In this document: positions 55,955-64,000 of the stretch, piece by piece | Layout of the letters: each line of letters starts with the position of its first letter | Position numbering within the stretch: the stretch's first letter is position 1 | Notes under the pieces: generated by a model | Told to the model about the DNA's origin: nothing | Database searches by the model: none | Seen by the model: the letters and a program-made list of their open reading frames with translations, nothing else | Made by a program: the position numbers and the translations under genes | Source of the DNA: Gemmatimonas sp. | GTDB lineage: Bacteria > Gemmatimonadota > Gemmatimonadetes > Gemmatimonadales > Gemmatimonadaceae | NCBI GenBank assembly: GCA_031414535.1 | Contig: JANNVQ010000043.1 | Span: 9,197-73,196 of the forward strand | Length of the DNA: 64,000 bases | Reading direction: 5' to 3'

Positions 55955-57872
55955 CGCGCGCGCCGCCCTGGCTCGGCGCATCATCGCGTCGGCGCCGCGG
56001 CTCTTCCCGTCGCTCGAGAAGCCACCGGTCACGGCCTGGCTCGAGCAGCACCGGAAGCTCTCGGCCTCGGGATCCTCGCGCGCGGGCGACTACAAGGTCG
56101 ACCGGACGCCGTACCTGCGAGAGATCCTCGAGGTGCTGGGTGATGACGAGCACGAGCGCGTCGTCGTGAAGAAGGCAGCGCGCCTCGGGTTGACCGAAGG
56201 TGCGATCAATGGCTTCATCGCGTACGCCGTCGGCGTGGATCCAGGGCCCATCATGGTCGTCTGGCCCACGAAGGACGACGCGATGGACTGGTCGAAGGAA
56301 GTGCTGCCGGAGCTGTTCTCGCTCACGGGCCCACTCAAGGGCAAGTTGAGCGACGCCTCGCGCGCGTCCGACAACACGGTGCTGCACAAGGCCATCCCGG
56401 GTGGACACATCCACATCGTGGGCTCCAACAGTCCGCGCACGTTCCGCCGGCGCAACATCCGCTACCTCCTCATCGACGAAGTGGACGCGTGCGACCTGTA
56501 CTCACGCGGGCGCGAAGGCTCGGTGGTGCAGCGTGCGGTGAGACGGACGACGACCTACGACAACCGGAAGATCCTGATTACCGGCTCGCCGGAGCTGAAG
56601 GAGACGTCGCGCATCGAGAAGGAGTTCGAGAACTCCGACCAGCGCCATCTCTACGTGCCGTGCCCGCACTGCGGTCACTTCCAGGTGCTGCGGCTCGCGA
56701 ATTTCGAATGGGACAAGGACGAGACGAAGAGCGGGCGGCTCAAGCACAAGTTCGAGACTGCGCACTTCAAGTGCATCAGCTGCAGCGAGCGGATGGAGCA
56801 CCACGACAAGAAGGCGATGGTGCTCGCGCACAAGTACATCGCGCACAATCCGGGACATCCGGTCGCAGGCTTCATGCTCAATGCGTTCGTCTCGCTCTTC
56901 CCCAATGCGAGCTGGGCGCAGATCGCGGAGGAGTACTACATCGCGACGAAGGACGAGACCGAGATGATCGCCTTCGTGAACACGATCCTCGGCGAAGCCT
57001 ACGAGGAGCGCGGTGGCGGAGTGGAGAAGGGCGCCCTGCTGCAGCGCCGCGCAACCTGGGCGGCACCGGTCCCGCGCGAGGTCGGCGTGCTCACGGCGGG
57101 CGTCGACGTGCAGCACGATCGCCTCGAGGTGCTGGTCGTGGGTTGGGGCGTCGGGCAGGAGTCCTGGCAGATCGCGCATCACCGCATCTTCGGCGATCCC
57201 GACGAGGCCGACGTGTGGCAGCGGTTGGACACTATCCTGATGCGGCCATACCAGCACGAAGGTGGCGCGCCGCTCTACGTGCGCATGACGATGGTGGACG
57301 CCGGCGACTTGCCTGAGCGCGTGCACGCGTACACCAGGCCTCGGCGCGCGCGAAATGTGTTCTCGATTCGTGGCGAGGGTGGCGCGCGGAAGCGAAAGGG
57401 CCCGATGCTGAAGCGCTCGAAGTCTGAGCTCTACGGCAACAATACGCTCTTCATCCTCGACGTCGATCGGGCGAAAGACCTGCTGGCGCGCCGCCTGCGC
57501 ATCACCACGGCAGGCCCAGGCATGATCCACTTCCCGTTGGCGCAGGAAGACGGACTCGACGATGAGTACCTCCTGCAGTTCGAGAACATGAAGCTCATCA
57601 AGCGCCGCGATCGCTATGGCCGCGAGATCCGCCACTGGGCCGACAAGGGACTCGTCGAGGCCGTCGACGTCACGAACTACGCGTACGCGAGCCTCGTCGC
57701 GCTTGGCGACGCGGTGATCAACGAACTCCCGCAGCTCGTCGCCGACATCCAGAAGCGCGGCCAGGAGCTGCGACATGTCACGCAGCATGGCGGGCTCGTG
57801 CCGCCACCGCGCGCCATGGCCGCCACGCCAGCCACGCCGCACCGCCCACGACTCATTTCCAAGGTGGACTGA
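55929..57872 (+). CDS. Terminase large subunit (lambda GpA family)
   Basis: TPYLREI, KAARLGLTE, LLIDEVD, DQRHLYVPCPHC, FVNTILGE, AGVDVQHDRLE, EAVD. Confidence 0.95.
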   Translation: MMQLATHPSARAALARRIIASAPRLFPSLEKPPVTAWLEQHRKLSASGSSRAGDYKVDRTPYLREILEVLGDDEHERVVVKKAARLGLTEGAINGFIAYAVGVDPGPIMVVWPTKDDAMDWSKEVLPELFSLTGPLKGKLSDASRASDNTVLHKAIPGGHIHIVGSNSPRTFRRRNIRYLLIDEVDACDLYSRGREGSVVQRAVRRTTTYDNRKILITGSPELKETSRIEKEFENSDQRHLYVPCPHCGHFQVLRLANFEWDKDETKSGRLKHKFETAHFKCISCSERMEHHDKKAMVLAHKYIAHNPGHPVAGFMLNAFVSLFPNASWAQIAEEYYIATKDETEMIAFVNTILGEAYEERGGGVEKGALLQRRATWAAPVPREVGVLTAGVDVQHDRLEVLVVGWGVGQESWQIAHHRIFGDPDEADVWQRLDTILMRPYQHEGGAPLYVRMTMVDAGDLPERVHAYTRPRRARNVFSIRGEGGARKRKGPMLKRSKSELYGNNTLFILDVDRAKDLLARRLRITTAGPGMIHFPLAQEDGLDDEYLLQFENMKLIKRRDRYGREIRHWADKGLVEAVDVTNYAYASLVALGDAVINELPQLVADIQKRGQELRHVTQHGGLVPPPRAMAATPATPHRPRLISKVD

Positions 57873-58153
57873 TGATCTCACTCGGGGAGCCACTCCTGCG
57901 CGTCGCCGCCCGCGACCGTCGCCACGTGACCGACTTCGACTACCGCGTGCTCACGCTCGCGGTGCCGCACCTGAGCGAGGTGGAGGACCGCGAGCTCAAA
58001 GCGGATCCCATCGCGAAGGATCTCAAGGTCGATCGCGCCGTGGTCAATCGCGCGCTCCGACGCCTGGTCGACGCCGGGTTCCTTATTCGAGTTGACCGCG
58101 ACCATGAAAGCGGTGTTTGGCGGTACCGTCTACCACGATCACCCGAAGGGTGA
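57872..58153 (+). CDS. Small winged-HTH protein
   Basis: IAKDLKVDRAVVNRALRRLVDAGFL...YRL. Confidence 0.72.
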   Translation: MISLGEPLLRVAARDRRHVTDFDYRVLTLAVPHLSEVEDRELKADPIAKDLKVDRAVVNRALRRLVDAGFLIRVDRDHESGVWRYRLPRSPEG

Positions 58154-58277
58154 CCGGAGTTTTCGCGGAGTTTCCACTCCCCGATCCGAACTTTTTTCAG
58201 AGGGAGGGACCGTAGGGTCCCCACTCGTCGGGCTCAAACACTAGCGCCGTTCTGTACAGCGGGTTGACCGTGCGCCC

Positions 58278-58484
58278 GTGACCAACACCGAGCGCCTCGC
58301 CACCATCGACGCCGCCATCGACGGCATCCTGTCGGGCAACCAGTCCTACAGCGTCCTCGGTCGCACGTTCACGAAGGCGAACCTCCGCGACCTGTGGGCG
58401 ATGCGAAAGGAAGTCGCGGGCGCGATCGCCGCGGAGGGCGTGGGTGGCGACGTGCGTGTGAAGCTGGCGGTGCTGCCGCCATGA
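58278..58484 (+). CDS. Head-tail joining protein (gpW-like)
   Basis: 68 aa before the portal; AIDGILSGNQSYSVLGRTFTKANL. Confidence 0.75.
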   Translation: MTNTERLATIDAAIDGILSGNQSYSVLGRTFTKANLRDLWAMRKEVAGAIAAEGVGGDVRVKLAVLPP

Positions 58485-60199
58485 GTCGCCGTCGCGCGGC
58501 CGCCGCTCGCACGCCAGGCGTGGTGACCCGCCCAGCGGGTGCCGCGCCTAAGGCGCTGCAGGTCATGCCGTCCGGCTCCTGGGACGGGGCGCGCAACGAT
58601 CTGCGCGAGCTGCGCGACTGGGGTCCAAGCGTCGGCAGCGCCATCACCGACAACGTCGGCGATCTCCCAGCCATTCGCGCGCGCGTTCGCGACCTCCTGC
58701 GCAACGCCCCCATCGCGGCCGGCACGCGCCAGACGGTGCGCATGGGTGTGGTGGGGACGGGCCTCAACCTGTATCCGCGCGTCGTGCGGGACCTACTGCT
58801 TCGCCGGCGCCCTGACCTGACGCCCGAAGCGATTGCCGCGTACGAGACGGCCGCCGCAGAGCTGTGGTGGGCGTGGTCTGACTCGACGAGCTGCGACATC
58901 GAGCGGTCGCGGAAGTTCCGGGCGCTCACGGGCCAAGCGTTCTCCGCCGCGTGGACGGATGGCGACATGCTCGTGATTCGCCGGCATGCCGTGCGCGCGG
59001 GCGATGTATTGAGCCTCAAGCTGCAGTTCATCGAGGCCGATCGTCTCTCGACACCGGATCATCTCAAGCACGACCCCTGGATCACCGATGGCATCGAGCG
59101 CGATGCAGACGGCGCGCCGGTGGCGTACTGGGTCGAAGACCAGCATCCGGGCGAGCGCTTCTTCCGGCCTGGCGTGCGCACCTGGACGCGGCAGCCCGCC
59201 TTCGGACCCGATGGCCAGCGCCGGGTGCTGCATGTGCGCAACCTCTCGACGGAAGACCGCATCGGCGCGCTGCGTGGCATGCCGAGCTTGGCGCCGGTCA
59301 TCGTGCATCTGAAGCAGGTGGCGCGCTACAGCAACTCCGAGCTCATGCGCAACATCGTGGCGTCACTGTTCACGGTGTTCGTCGAGAGCCCAGAGGGCGC
59401 GATGGGTGGGGCCGCGATGGCGCCCATCGATCCGAACAATCCGCCGGCGAACGACTGGGAGATGCGGCTCGACACGGGCGCCATCGTCGAAGCGCCGCAC
59501 GGCAAGACGATCAAGCTCGCGACGCCACCCGGGCCCTCGGGCACCTTCGATCCGTTCATGCAGTCGATGTTCCGGCAGCTCGGTGCGGCGGTGAACGTGC
59601 CCTACGAGCTCATCATCCGCCACTTCTCGGCGAGCTACTCGGCCTCGCGCGCGGCCGTGAACTTCGCGTACGAAGCCTTCGCGATGATGGGCGCGTGGCT
59701 GGAAGACGACTTCGTCTCGCCGATCTACGAGTGGTTCCTGTATGAGTCCGTCGCCTCGGGGCTACTCGTCGCACCAGGCTTCCTCGAGGACACGCTCGCC
59801 CGTCGTGCCTACTCGAACTTCCGCCTGCAAGGCCCGGTCGCGCCGCAGCTCGATCCGCTGAAGGAAGCGGTCGCCGCTGGCGAGCGCATGGACAACCTGC
59901 TGTCGACGCTCGAGGAAGAGACGGCGAAGACCACCGGCGGCGATTGGAACGACAACCTCGCGCAGCTGAGGAAGGAACGGGAGCAGATCAAGGACGCAGG
60001 CCTCGACCTCGAGAAGGTCGCGGAGCGCATCCGCACGGAGCCCGTCTCGCCCGAGCAAGCCGAGGGAACCGAGAACGCCGACGCGCCGACGGAGACGCCG
60101 CCCAACGAGGCGACGGCGCGGAAGGCGCGTCGTGCTCGGCGCCAGCCACTCGTGAAGGCGTTGCTCGCCGACGCCCCACTGCCACCCGCCGGAGCCTAG
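58481..60199 (+). CDS. Portal protein, lambda family
   Basis: Start re-called at 58481; RARVRDLLRN, VVGTG, LQFIEADRL, DGIE.D..G.PVAY, RGMP, SYSASRA, DPLKE. Confidence 0.95.
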   Translation: MSRRRAAAARTPGVVTRPAGAAPKALQVMPSGSWDGARNDLRELRDWGPSVGSAITDNVGDLPAIRARVRDLLRNAPIAAGTRQTVRMGVVGTGLNLYPRVVRDLLLRRRPDLTPEAIAAYETAAAELWWAWSDSTSCDIERSRKFRALTGQAFSAAWTDGDMLVIRRHAVRAGDVLSLKLQFIEADRLSTPDHLKHDPWITDGIERDADGAPVAYWVEDQHPGERFFRPGVRTWTRQPAFGPDGQRRVLHVRNLSTEDRIGALRGMPSLAPVIVHLKQVARYSNSELMRNIVASLFTVFVESPEGAMGGAAMAPIDPNNPPANDWEMRLDTGAIVEAPHGKTIKLATPPGPSGTFDPFMQSMFRQLGAAVNVPYELIIRHFSASYSASRAAVNFAYEAFAMMGAWLEDDFVSPIYEWFLYESVASGLLVAPGFLEDTLARRAYSNFRLQGPVAPQLDPLKEAVAAGERMDNLLSTLEEETAKTTGGDWNDNLAQLRKEREQIKDAGLDLEKVAERIRTEPVSPEQAEGTENADAPTETPPNEATARKARRARRQPLVKALLADAPLPPAGA

Positions 60200-61786
60200 A
60201 TGACCCGTCCCGCCACCAACGTCCTGTCGCTGCTCACCGCCACGCGGTGGGCGATGCGACGTGAGAACCTCGAGCAGCTGCTCGCCGTCGCCGAGCGCGA
60301 CAGCAGTGCCTGGCTCGCCCGCGCGCCGGAAGCCAGCATCGGGGACGGCGTGCAGGTCGACGACGACAAGCTGCGGCAGCGCCGCGCGCTCTTCAGCGCG
60401 CCGGCCGTCGAACATCCGAAGTCGGCGCGCCTCGGCGTTCGCGATGGCGTCGCCATCGTGCCGATCGTGGGCCCGCTCTGCCGCTATGCGTCGTGGTTCC
60501 AGGACGTGTGCGGGATGACAAGCTACCAGCTCGCCGCGATGGACTTCCGCATCGCCGTGGAGGATCCGAGCATCCGCGCGATCGTGCTCCACCTCGATAC
60601 GCCAGGCGGCGAGGTGAACGGCTGTGCCGAACTCGCGCAGCTCATCTACGCCGCGCGCGGCACGAAGCCGATTGTCGCCATGGTGTCGGACGGTGCCGCG
60701 TCCGCCGGCTACTGGATCGCCGCGGCGGCGGATGAGATTGTCGTGAGCCCCGCCGCCTACGTCGGGTCCATCGGCGTGTGGTGGGAGATCGTCGATGCGT
60801 CCGCGCGCGAAGAGGCTGAAGGGATTCGCCGCTTCCGCATCGTGAGCTCGCAGTCGCCGAACAAGGTGCCGAATCCCGACGACGAGGCCGGGCGACAGGT
60901 CCTGCAGGCGGAGGCCGACCAGTTCGCCGGCGCGTTCCTCGAGGCCGTGGCGACGTTCCGCGGCACCACGGCAGAGCAGCTCATCGCCGCCGGCAACGGT
61001 GGCGCGGTCTTCGTCGGTCGCCACGCGGTCGAATGTGGCTTGGCCGATCGCGTGGCCACGACGGAAGACGTCCTGGCCGAGCTCGCTGGCGCGTCACGCG
61101 CCGCATCCACCCCCGCAGCGCCCGCGGCATCGGGACGCATCACCACCACTCCGGAGTCACGCATGAAGAAGCACAAGGCCCAGGCGGGCACGCGCGCGCC
61201 GCGCGCGCTCAAGTCGGGCGACACGGTCACGTCGAAGGTGACGCGCGAGTTCAAGGTCGAAGAAGGAGCGTCGCTCGAGATCGTCGAAGTCCTCGACAAC
61301 GTCAGCGTCATCGCCGTGAAGGAAGGCGACGACGAGAAGCGCTGGTTGCTTGCCGACGAGGTCGACGGCGGCACCGCGGCCGCGCCGGTCGAAGAGCCCG
61401 CGACCGGTTCTGACGACGAGGTGAAGGATGAGCCCGAAGCCGTGACCGCGGCGTTCCCGCAGGCGAGCGCCTCGATCGGCGAGAAGGCGGCGGTCGCGGA
61501 GCGCGAGCGCATCCTCGGCATCCTCTCGCTGCCGGGCTCGGCGGATCATCCCACGATCGTGCAGGGCTGCATCGCGGACGGCACGTGCACGCGCGCGAAG
61601 GCCGCCGAGCAGCTGCTTGGCGCGCAGCCGAAGGCCGGCGCGCTCCCTCAGGCCCTTGCGGCCTTCCTCTCCGCTGAACGCGTCACGGCGCCGAGTGCGT
61701 CGAACGGCAACGTGCCGACCGGCACGGGCAGTGAACGCGCCGATGGCATCCTCGCCGCGCGCGCGCTGGTGCGCGGTACCCGCTAG
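60200..61786 (+). CDS. Prohead protease, S49 family (gpC-like) with C-terminal scaffold region
   Basis: DTPGGEVNG, ASAGYWIAA, GSIGV, GLAD; C-terminal AERERILGI. Confidence 0.9.
   Translation: MTRPATNVLSLLTATRWAMRRENLEQLLAVAERDSSAWLARAPEASIGDGVQVDDDKLRQRRALFSAPAVEHPKSARLGVRDGVAIVPIVGPLCRYASWFQDVCGMTSYQLAAMDFRIAVEDPSIRAIVLHLDTPGGEVNGCAELAQLIYAARGTKPIVAMVSDGAASAGYWIAAAADEIVVSPAAYVGSIGVWWEIVDASAREEAEGIRRFRIVSSQSPNKVPNPDDEAGRQVLQAEADQFAGAFLEAVATFRGTTAEQLIAAGNGGAVFVGRHAVECGLADRVATTEDVLAELAGASRAASTPAAPAASGRITTTPESRMKKHKAQAGTRAPRALKSGDTVTSKVTREFKVEEGASLEIVEVLDNVSVIAVKEGDDEKRWLLADEVDGGTAAAPVEEPATGSDDEVKDEPEAVTAAFPQASASIGEKAAVAERERILGILSLPGSADHPTIVQGCIADGTCTRAKAAEQLLGAQPKAGALPQALAAFLSAERVTAPSASNGNVPTGTGSERADGILAARALVRGTR
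61163..61786 (+). CDS. Nested in-frame scaffolding protein (Nu3-like)
   Basis: GGAG RBS before an in-frame ATG at 61163 following a Pro/Ala linker; same arrangement as lambda C/Nu3. Confidence 0.55.
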   Translation: MKKHKAQAGTRAPRALKSGDTVTSKVTREFKVEEGASLEIVEVLDNVSVIAVKEGDDEKRWLLADEVDGGTAAAPVEEPATGSDDEVKDEPEAVTAAFPQASASIGEKAAVAERERILGILSLPGSADHPTIVQGCIADGTCTRAKAAEQLLGAQPKAGALPQALAAFLSAERVTAPSASNGNVPTGTGSERADGILAARALVRGTR

Positions 61787-61821
61787 TCCCTCTCCCTTTC
61801 CTCTCCACGCAGGAGCACGCC

Positions 61822-62472
61822 ATGTCGGACCCTACGTTCGCCTCGACGGCCAGCCCGACCGTCGATCATCTCCGAGCCGGAGAGTTTCCGGCCCTCACCG
61901 AGGACGTGACCGTCGCCATCGGTGAAGTCCTGGCCGCGGGCGCCGTGCTCGGCCAGATCACGGTCGGCGGCGTCTCTGGTGCCGCTGCCGCCGGCAACAC
62001 CGGCAACGGCACGATCGGCTCGCTGAGTGCCGGTGCCGGTGCCAAGCCCGGCGTCTACAAGGTCGTCGTCGTCGAGCCTGCCGCGAATGCCGGCGTCTTC
62101 ATCGTCGAAGATCCGGATGGCGTGATCGTCGGTCGCGGCAACGTCGCCGCCGCGTTCACCGGCCCGGTGAACTTCACGATTGCCGATGGCGCCACCGACT
62201 TCATCGCCGGTGACACGTTCAACGTGACCGTCGCCGCTGGCACCGGCCACTACAAGCTCGCCGTCGCCGCCGCCACGGACGGCTCGCAGATCGCCAAGCG
62301 CATCCTGGCCAAGGCGATCGACAACACCGCCGGTGCCAAGAAGGCCCCGGTCTACGCGACCGGTGAGTTCGCGAAGAACAAGCTCGTGTTCGGGGCTGGG
62401 CACTCGGCCACCACGGTCGAAGCCGCGCTGCGCGCGGAGAACATCTACCTCCGCGACGCCGTCGCGATCTGA
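61822..62472 (+). CDS. Head decoration protein (gpD-like), enlarged
   Basis: AGGAG RBS; GAVLGQIT...DGSQIAKRILA...VYATGEF; central insert of about 90 aa. Confidence 0.8.
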   Translation: MSDPTFASTASPTVDHLRAGEFPALTEDVTVAIGEVLAAGAVLGQITVGGVSGAAAAGNTGNGTIGSLSAGAGAKPGVYKVVVVEPAANAGVFIVEDPDGVIVGRGNVAAAFTGPVNFTIADGATDFIAGDTFNVTVAAGTGHYKLAVAAATDGSQIAKRILAKAIDNTAGAKKAPVYATGEFAKNKLVFGAGHSATTVEAALRAENIYLRDAVAI

Positions 62473-62499
62473 ACGGGCTGACGCCCAGGAGCATCACCC

Positions 62500-63525
62500 A
62501 TGTACACGACGCAGGATCTTCGCAAGGTGTTGGAGCAGCTGGAGCGCCCGCGCTCCTTCCTGCTCGACGTCTTCTTCCCGGAAGTCATCGAGAGCGACTC
62601 CGAGAGAATCGAGTTCCACCACATCAAGGGCAAGCGGCGCATCACGCCGTTCGTCCACCCGACGCGCGCCGGCAAGGTCGTCGACAACAACGGCTTCGAA
62701 GTGAAGACGTTCAATCCGGCGTACGCCAAGGACAAGCGCCGCTGGGATCCGAACGCCCCGCTGCGTCGCATCGCCGGCGAGAAGCTTGGCGGCGAGCTGT
62801 CGCCGCAGCAGCGCCTCGATGCCCTGGTCGCGCAGGCGATGGATGACCAGCTCGCGATGCTCACCATGCGCGAGGAAGTGATGGCCGCCGAGGCCCTGCG
62901 CACGGGCCGCGTGACGGTGAGCGGGGAAGGGTATGACAGCGTCGTCGTCGACTTCGGGCGCGCCGCTGGTCTCTCCGTCACGCTGACGGGCAATGACCTC
63001 TGGTCGGCGACGCACGCCGACTCCAACCCGCTCGGCGATCTCGAGGATGGCGCCACCCTCGTGCAGTCCAACGACGGCGGCGTCGCCAACAAGGTCGTGA
63101 TGGACCCGAAGGCGTGGGCCGCGATGCGCATCCGGCTCGCCGCGCGTGGCGAGCTCGTGCAGTTGCTGGACTACTCGCGTGGCAGCACGTCGAGCGTCGA
63201 GCTCGGTCCGCTCGCCGACAAGGTGCGCTACATCGGGCGGCTCGGCACCTTCGAGCTCTGGGTCTACAACGACACCTACATCGATGACGCCGGCGTGGAG
63301 CAGAAGCTCCTGCCCGATGGCACGGTCATCATGGGCTCGGGAGCGCTGGAAGGCGCGCGCTGCTACGGCGCCATTCAGGACCCGAAGGCCGGCTACAAGG
63401 CCACGCGCTTCTTCACGAAGACGTGGGTCGAGGAAGATCCCGCGGTGCAGTGGATGCTGATGCAGTCCGCGCCGCTCGTGGTGCCGTTCCGCCCGAACGG
63501 GTCGCTCCGCTTCACCGTGCTCTAA
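62500..63525 (+). CDS. Major capsid protein (lambda gpE family)
   Basis: FLLDVFFP, ITPFVHP, PAYAKDK, REEVMAAEAL.TG, YGAIQD, MQSAPL. Confidence 0.95.
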   Translation: MYTTQDLRKVLEQLERPRSFLLDVFFPEVIESDSERIEFHHIKGKRRITPFVHPTRAGKVVDNNGFEVKTFNPAYAKDKRRWDPNAPLRRIAGEKLGGELSPQQRLDALVAQAMDDQLAMLTMREEVMAAEALRTGRVTVSGEGYDSVVVDFGRAAGLSVTLTGNDLWSATHADSNPLGDLEDGATLVQSNDGGVANKVVMDPKAWAAMRIRLAARGELVQLLDYSRGSTSSVELGPLADKVRYIGRLGTFELWVYNDTYIDDAGVEQKLLPDGTVIMGSGALEGARCYGAIQDPKAGYKATRFFTKTWVEEDPAVQWMLMQSAPLVVPFRPNGSLRFTVL

Positions 63526-63533
63526 CCCCTGAC

Positions 63534-63561
63534 GCGCGGGGTGTCCTCGGGCACCCCGCGC
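63534..63561 (+). terminator. GC-rich hairpin after the capsid gene (no U tract; mRNA stabiliser or attenuator)
   Basis: GCGCGGGGTGTC...GGCACCCCGCGC. Confidence 0.5.
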
Positions 63562-63577
63562 CCACTCCTCGCATCCC

Positions 63578-64000
63578 ATGACATCAGCAATCAACCCCGC
63601 CGCGCTCATCGCCCTCGTGCTCATCGAGGCCGTGCGCACCAAGCGGGCCGTGTTCCCGGCGGGCACCACGCAGCACTTCGAACCCGCGGACGCGGAGCGC
63701 CTCGTGAAGCTCGGCGCGGCACTTCCGCTCGATGATCCACGCGCGCGGGCCATCGCGGCCGGCGCGGCCGTCACGGCGATCACGAAGGAAGTGATTGTCG
63801 AGAAGGAAGTGATCGTCGAGAAGGTCCTCGAAGTGCGCGCGCTCTCGAAGGAGGGCGGCAAGTTCCTGCAGTTCAAGAAGGACGACAGCCTCGCCGACTA
63901 CATCAGCGGCTTCACGGACGCGGCGACGCTCGCCGAGTTCCAGGCGCTGGAGTATCGGCGCGAGGGCGGCCCGCGTCCGGCCGTGCTCGCGGCGCTCAAC
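63578..64000 (+). CDS. Phage protein at the gpFI position (partial)
   Basis: Hand translation MTSAINPAALIALVLIEAVRTKRAVFPAG...AERLVKLGAA...KEVIVEKEVIVEK, open to the window end. Confidence 0.6.
   Translation, partial: MTSAINPAALIALVLIEAVRTKRAVFPAGTTQHFEPADAERLVKLGAALPLDDPRARAIAAGAAVTAITKEVIVEKEVIVEKVLEVRALSKEGGKFLQFKKDDSLADYISGFTDAATLAEFQALEYRREGGPRPAVLAALN

Larger units (their letters stand above)
45072..64000 (+). mobile_element. Lambda-like prophage integrated in tRNA-Asn (left part; continues beyond the window)
   Basis: att fragment, co-oriented overlapping genes, initiator + DnaB, cos, and Nu1/A/W/B/C/D/E-like head module in lambda order. Confidence 0.95.

Overview
High-GC bacterial chromosome segment. 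The gene repertoire suggests Gemmatimonadota, which is an inference I have not checked against a database. Bases 1-45,070 are host DNA: a TonB-dependent receptor with phoR-phoB-udk, a divergent nucleotide-salvage operon, pilD, a SET-domain gene, a SigZ-type ECF sigma factor followed by a 28-aa Cys-rich peptide, lon, five tandem small lipoproteins, ffh-rpsP-rimM-trmD-rplS-rnhB, transporters, tRNA-Lys, a probable copper module, a two-component pair, a probable glycolipid-remodelling cluster, an MltD-like gene, moaC, holB and purKE. From about 45,072 to the window end is a lambda-like prophage bounded by the 3' half of a tRNA-Asn gene. It carries an early operon with iteron-containing initiator and DnaB, a cos site with lambda-identical geometry, and terminase, portal, protease/scaffold, decoration and capsid genes. 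The best candidates for undescribed systems are (1) a CsoR-box / Cys-His polyproline leader / beta-barrel-His-bundle fusion module, (2) a SigZ mini-regulon with a shared promoter motif and a tri-CC micro-peptide, and (3) the prophage layout, in which integration appears to cut the lytic operon and a 41-bp hairpin repeat brackets a one-gene cassette. Protein family calls come from motif recognition, not from searches.
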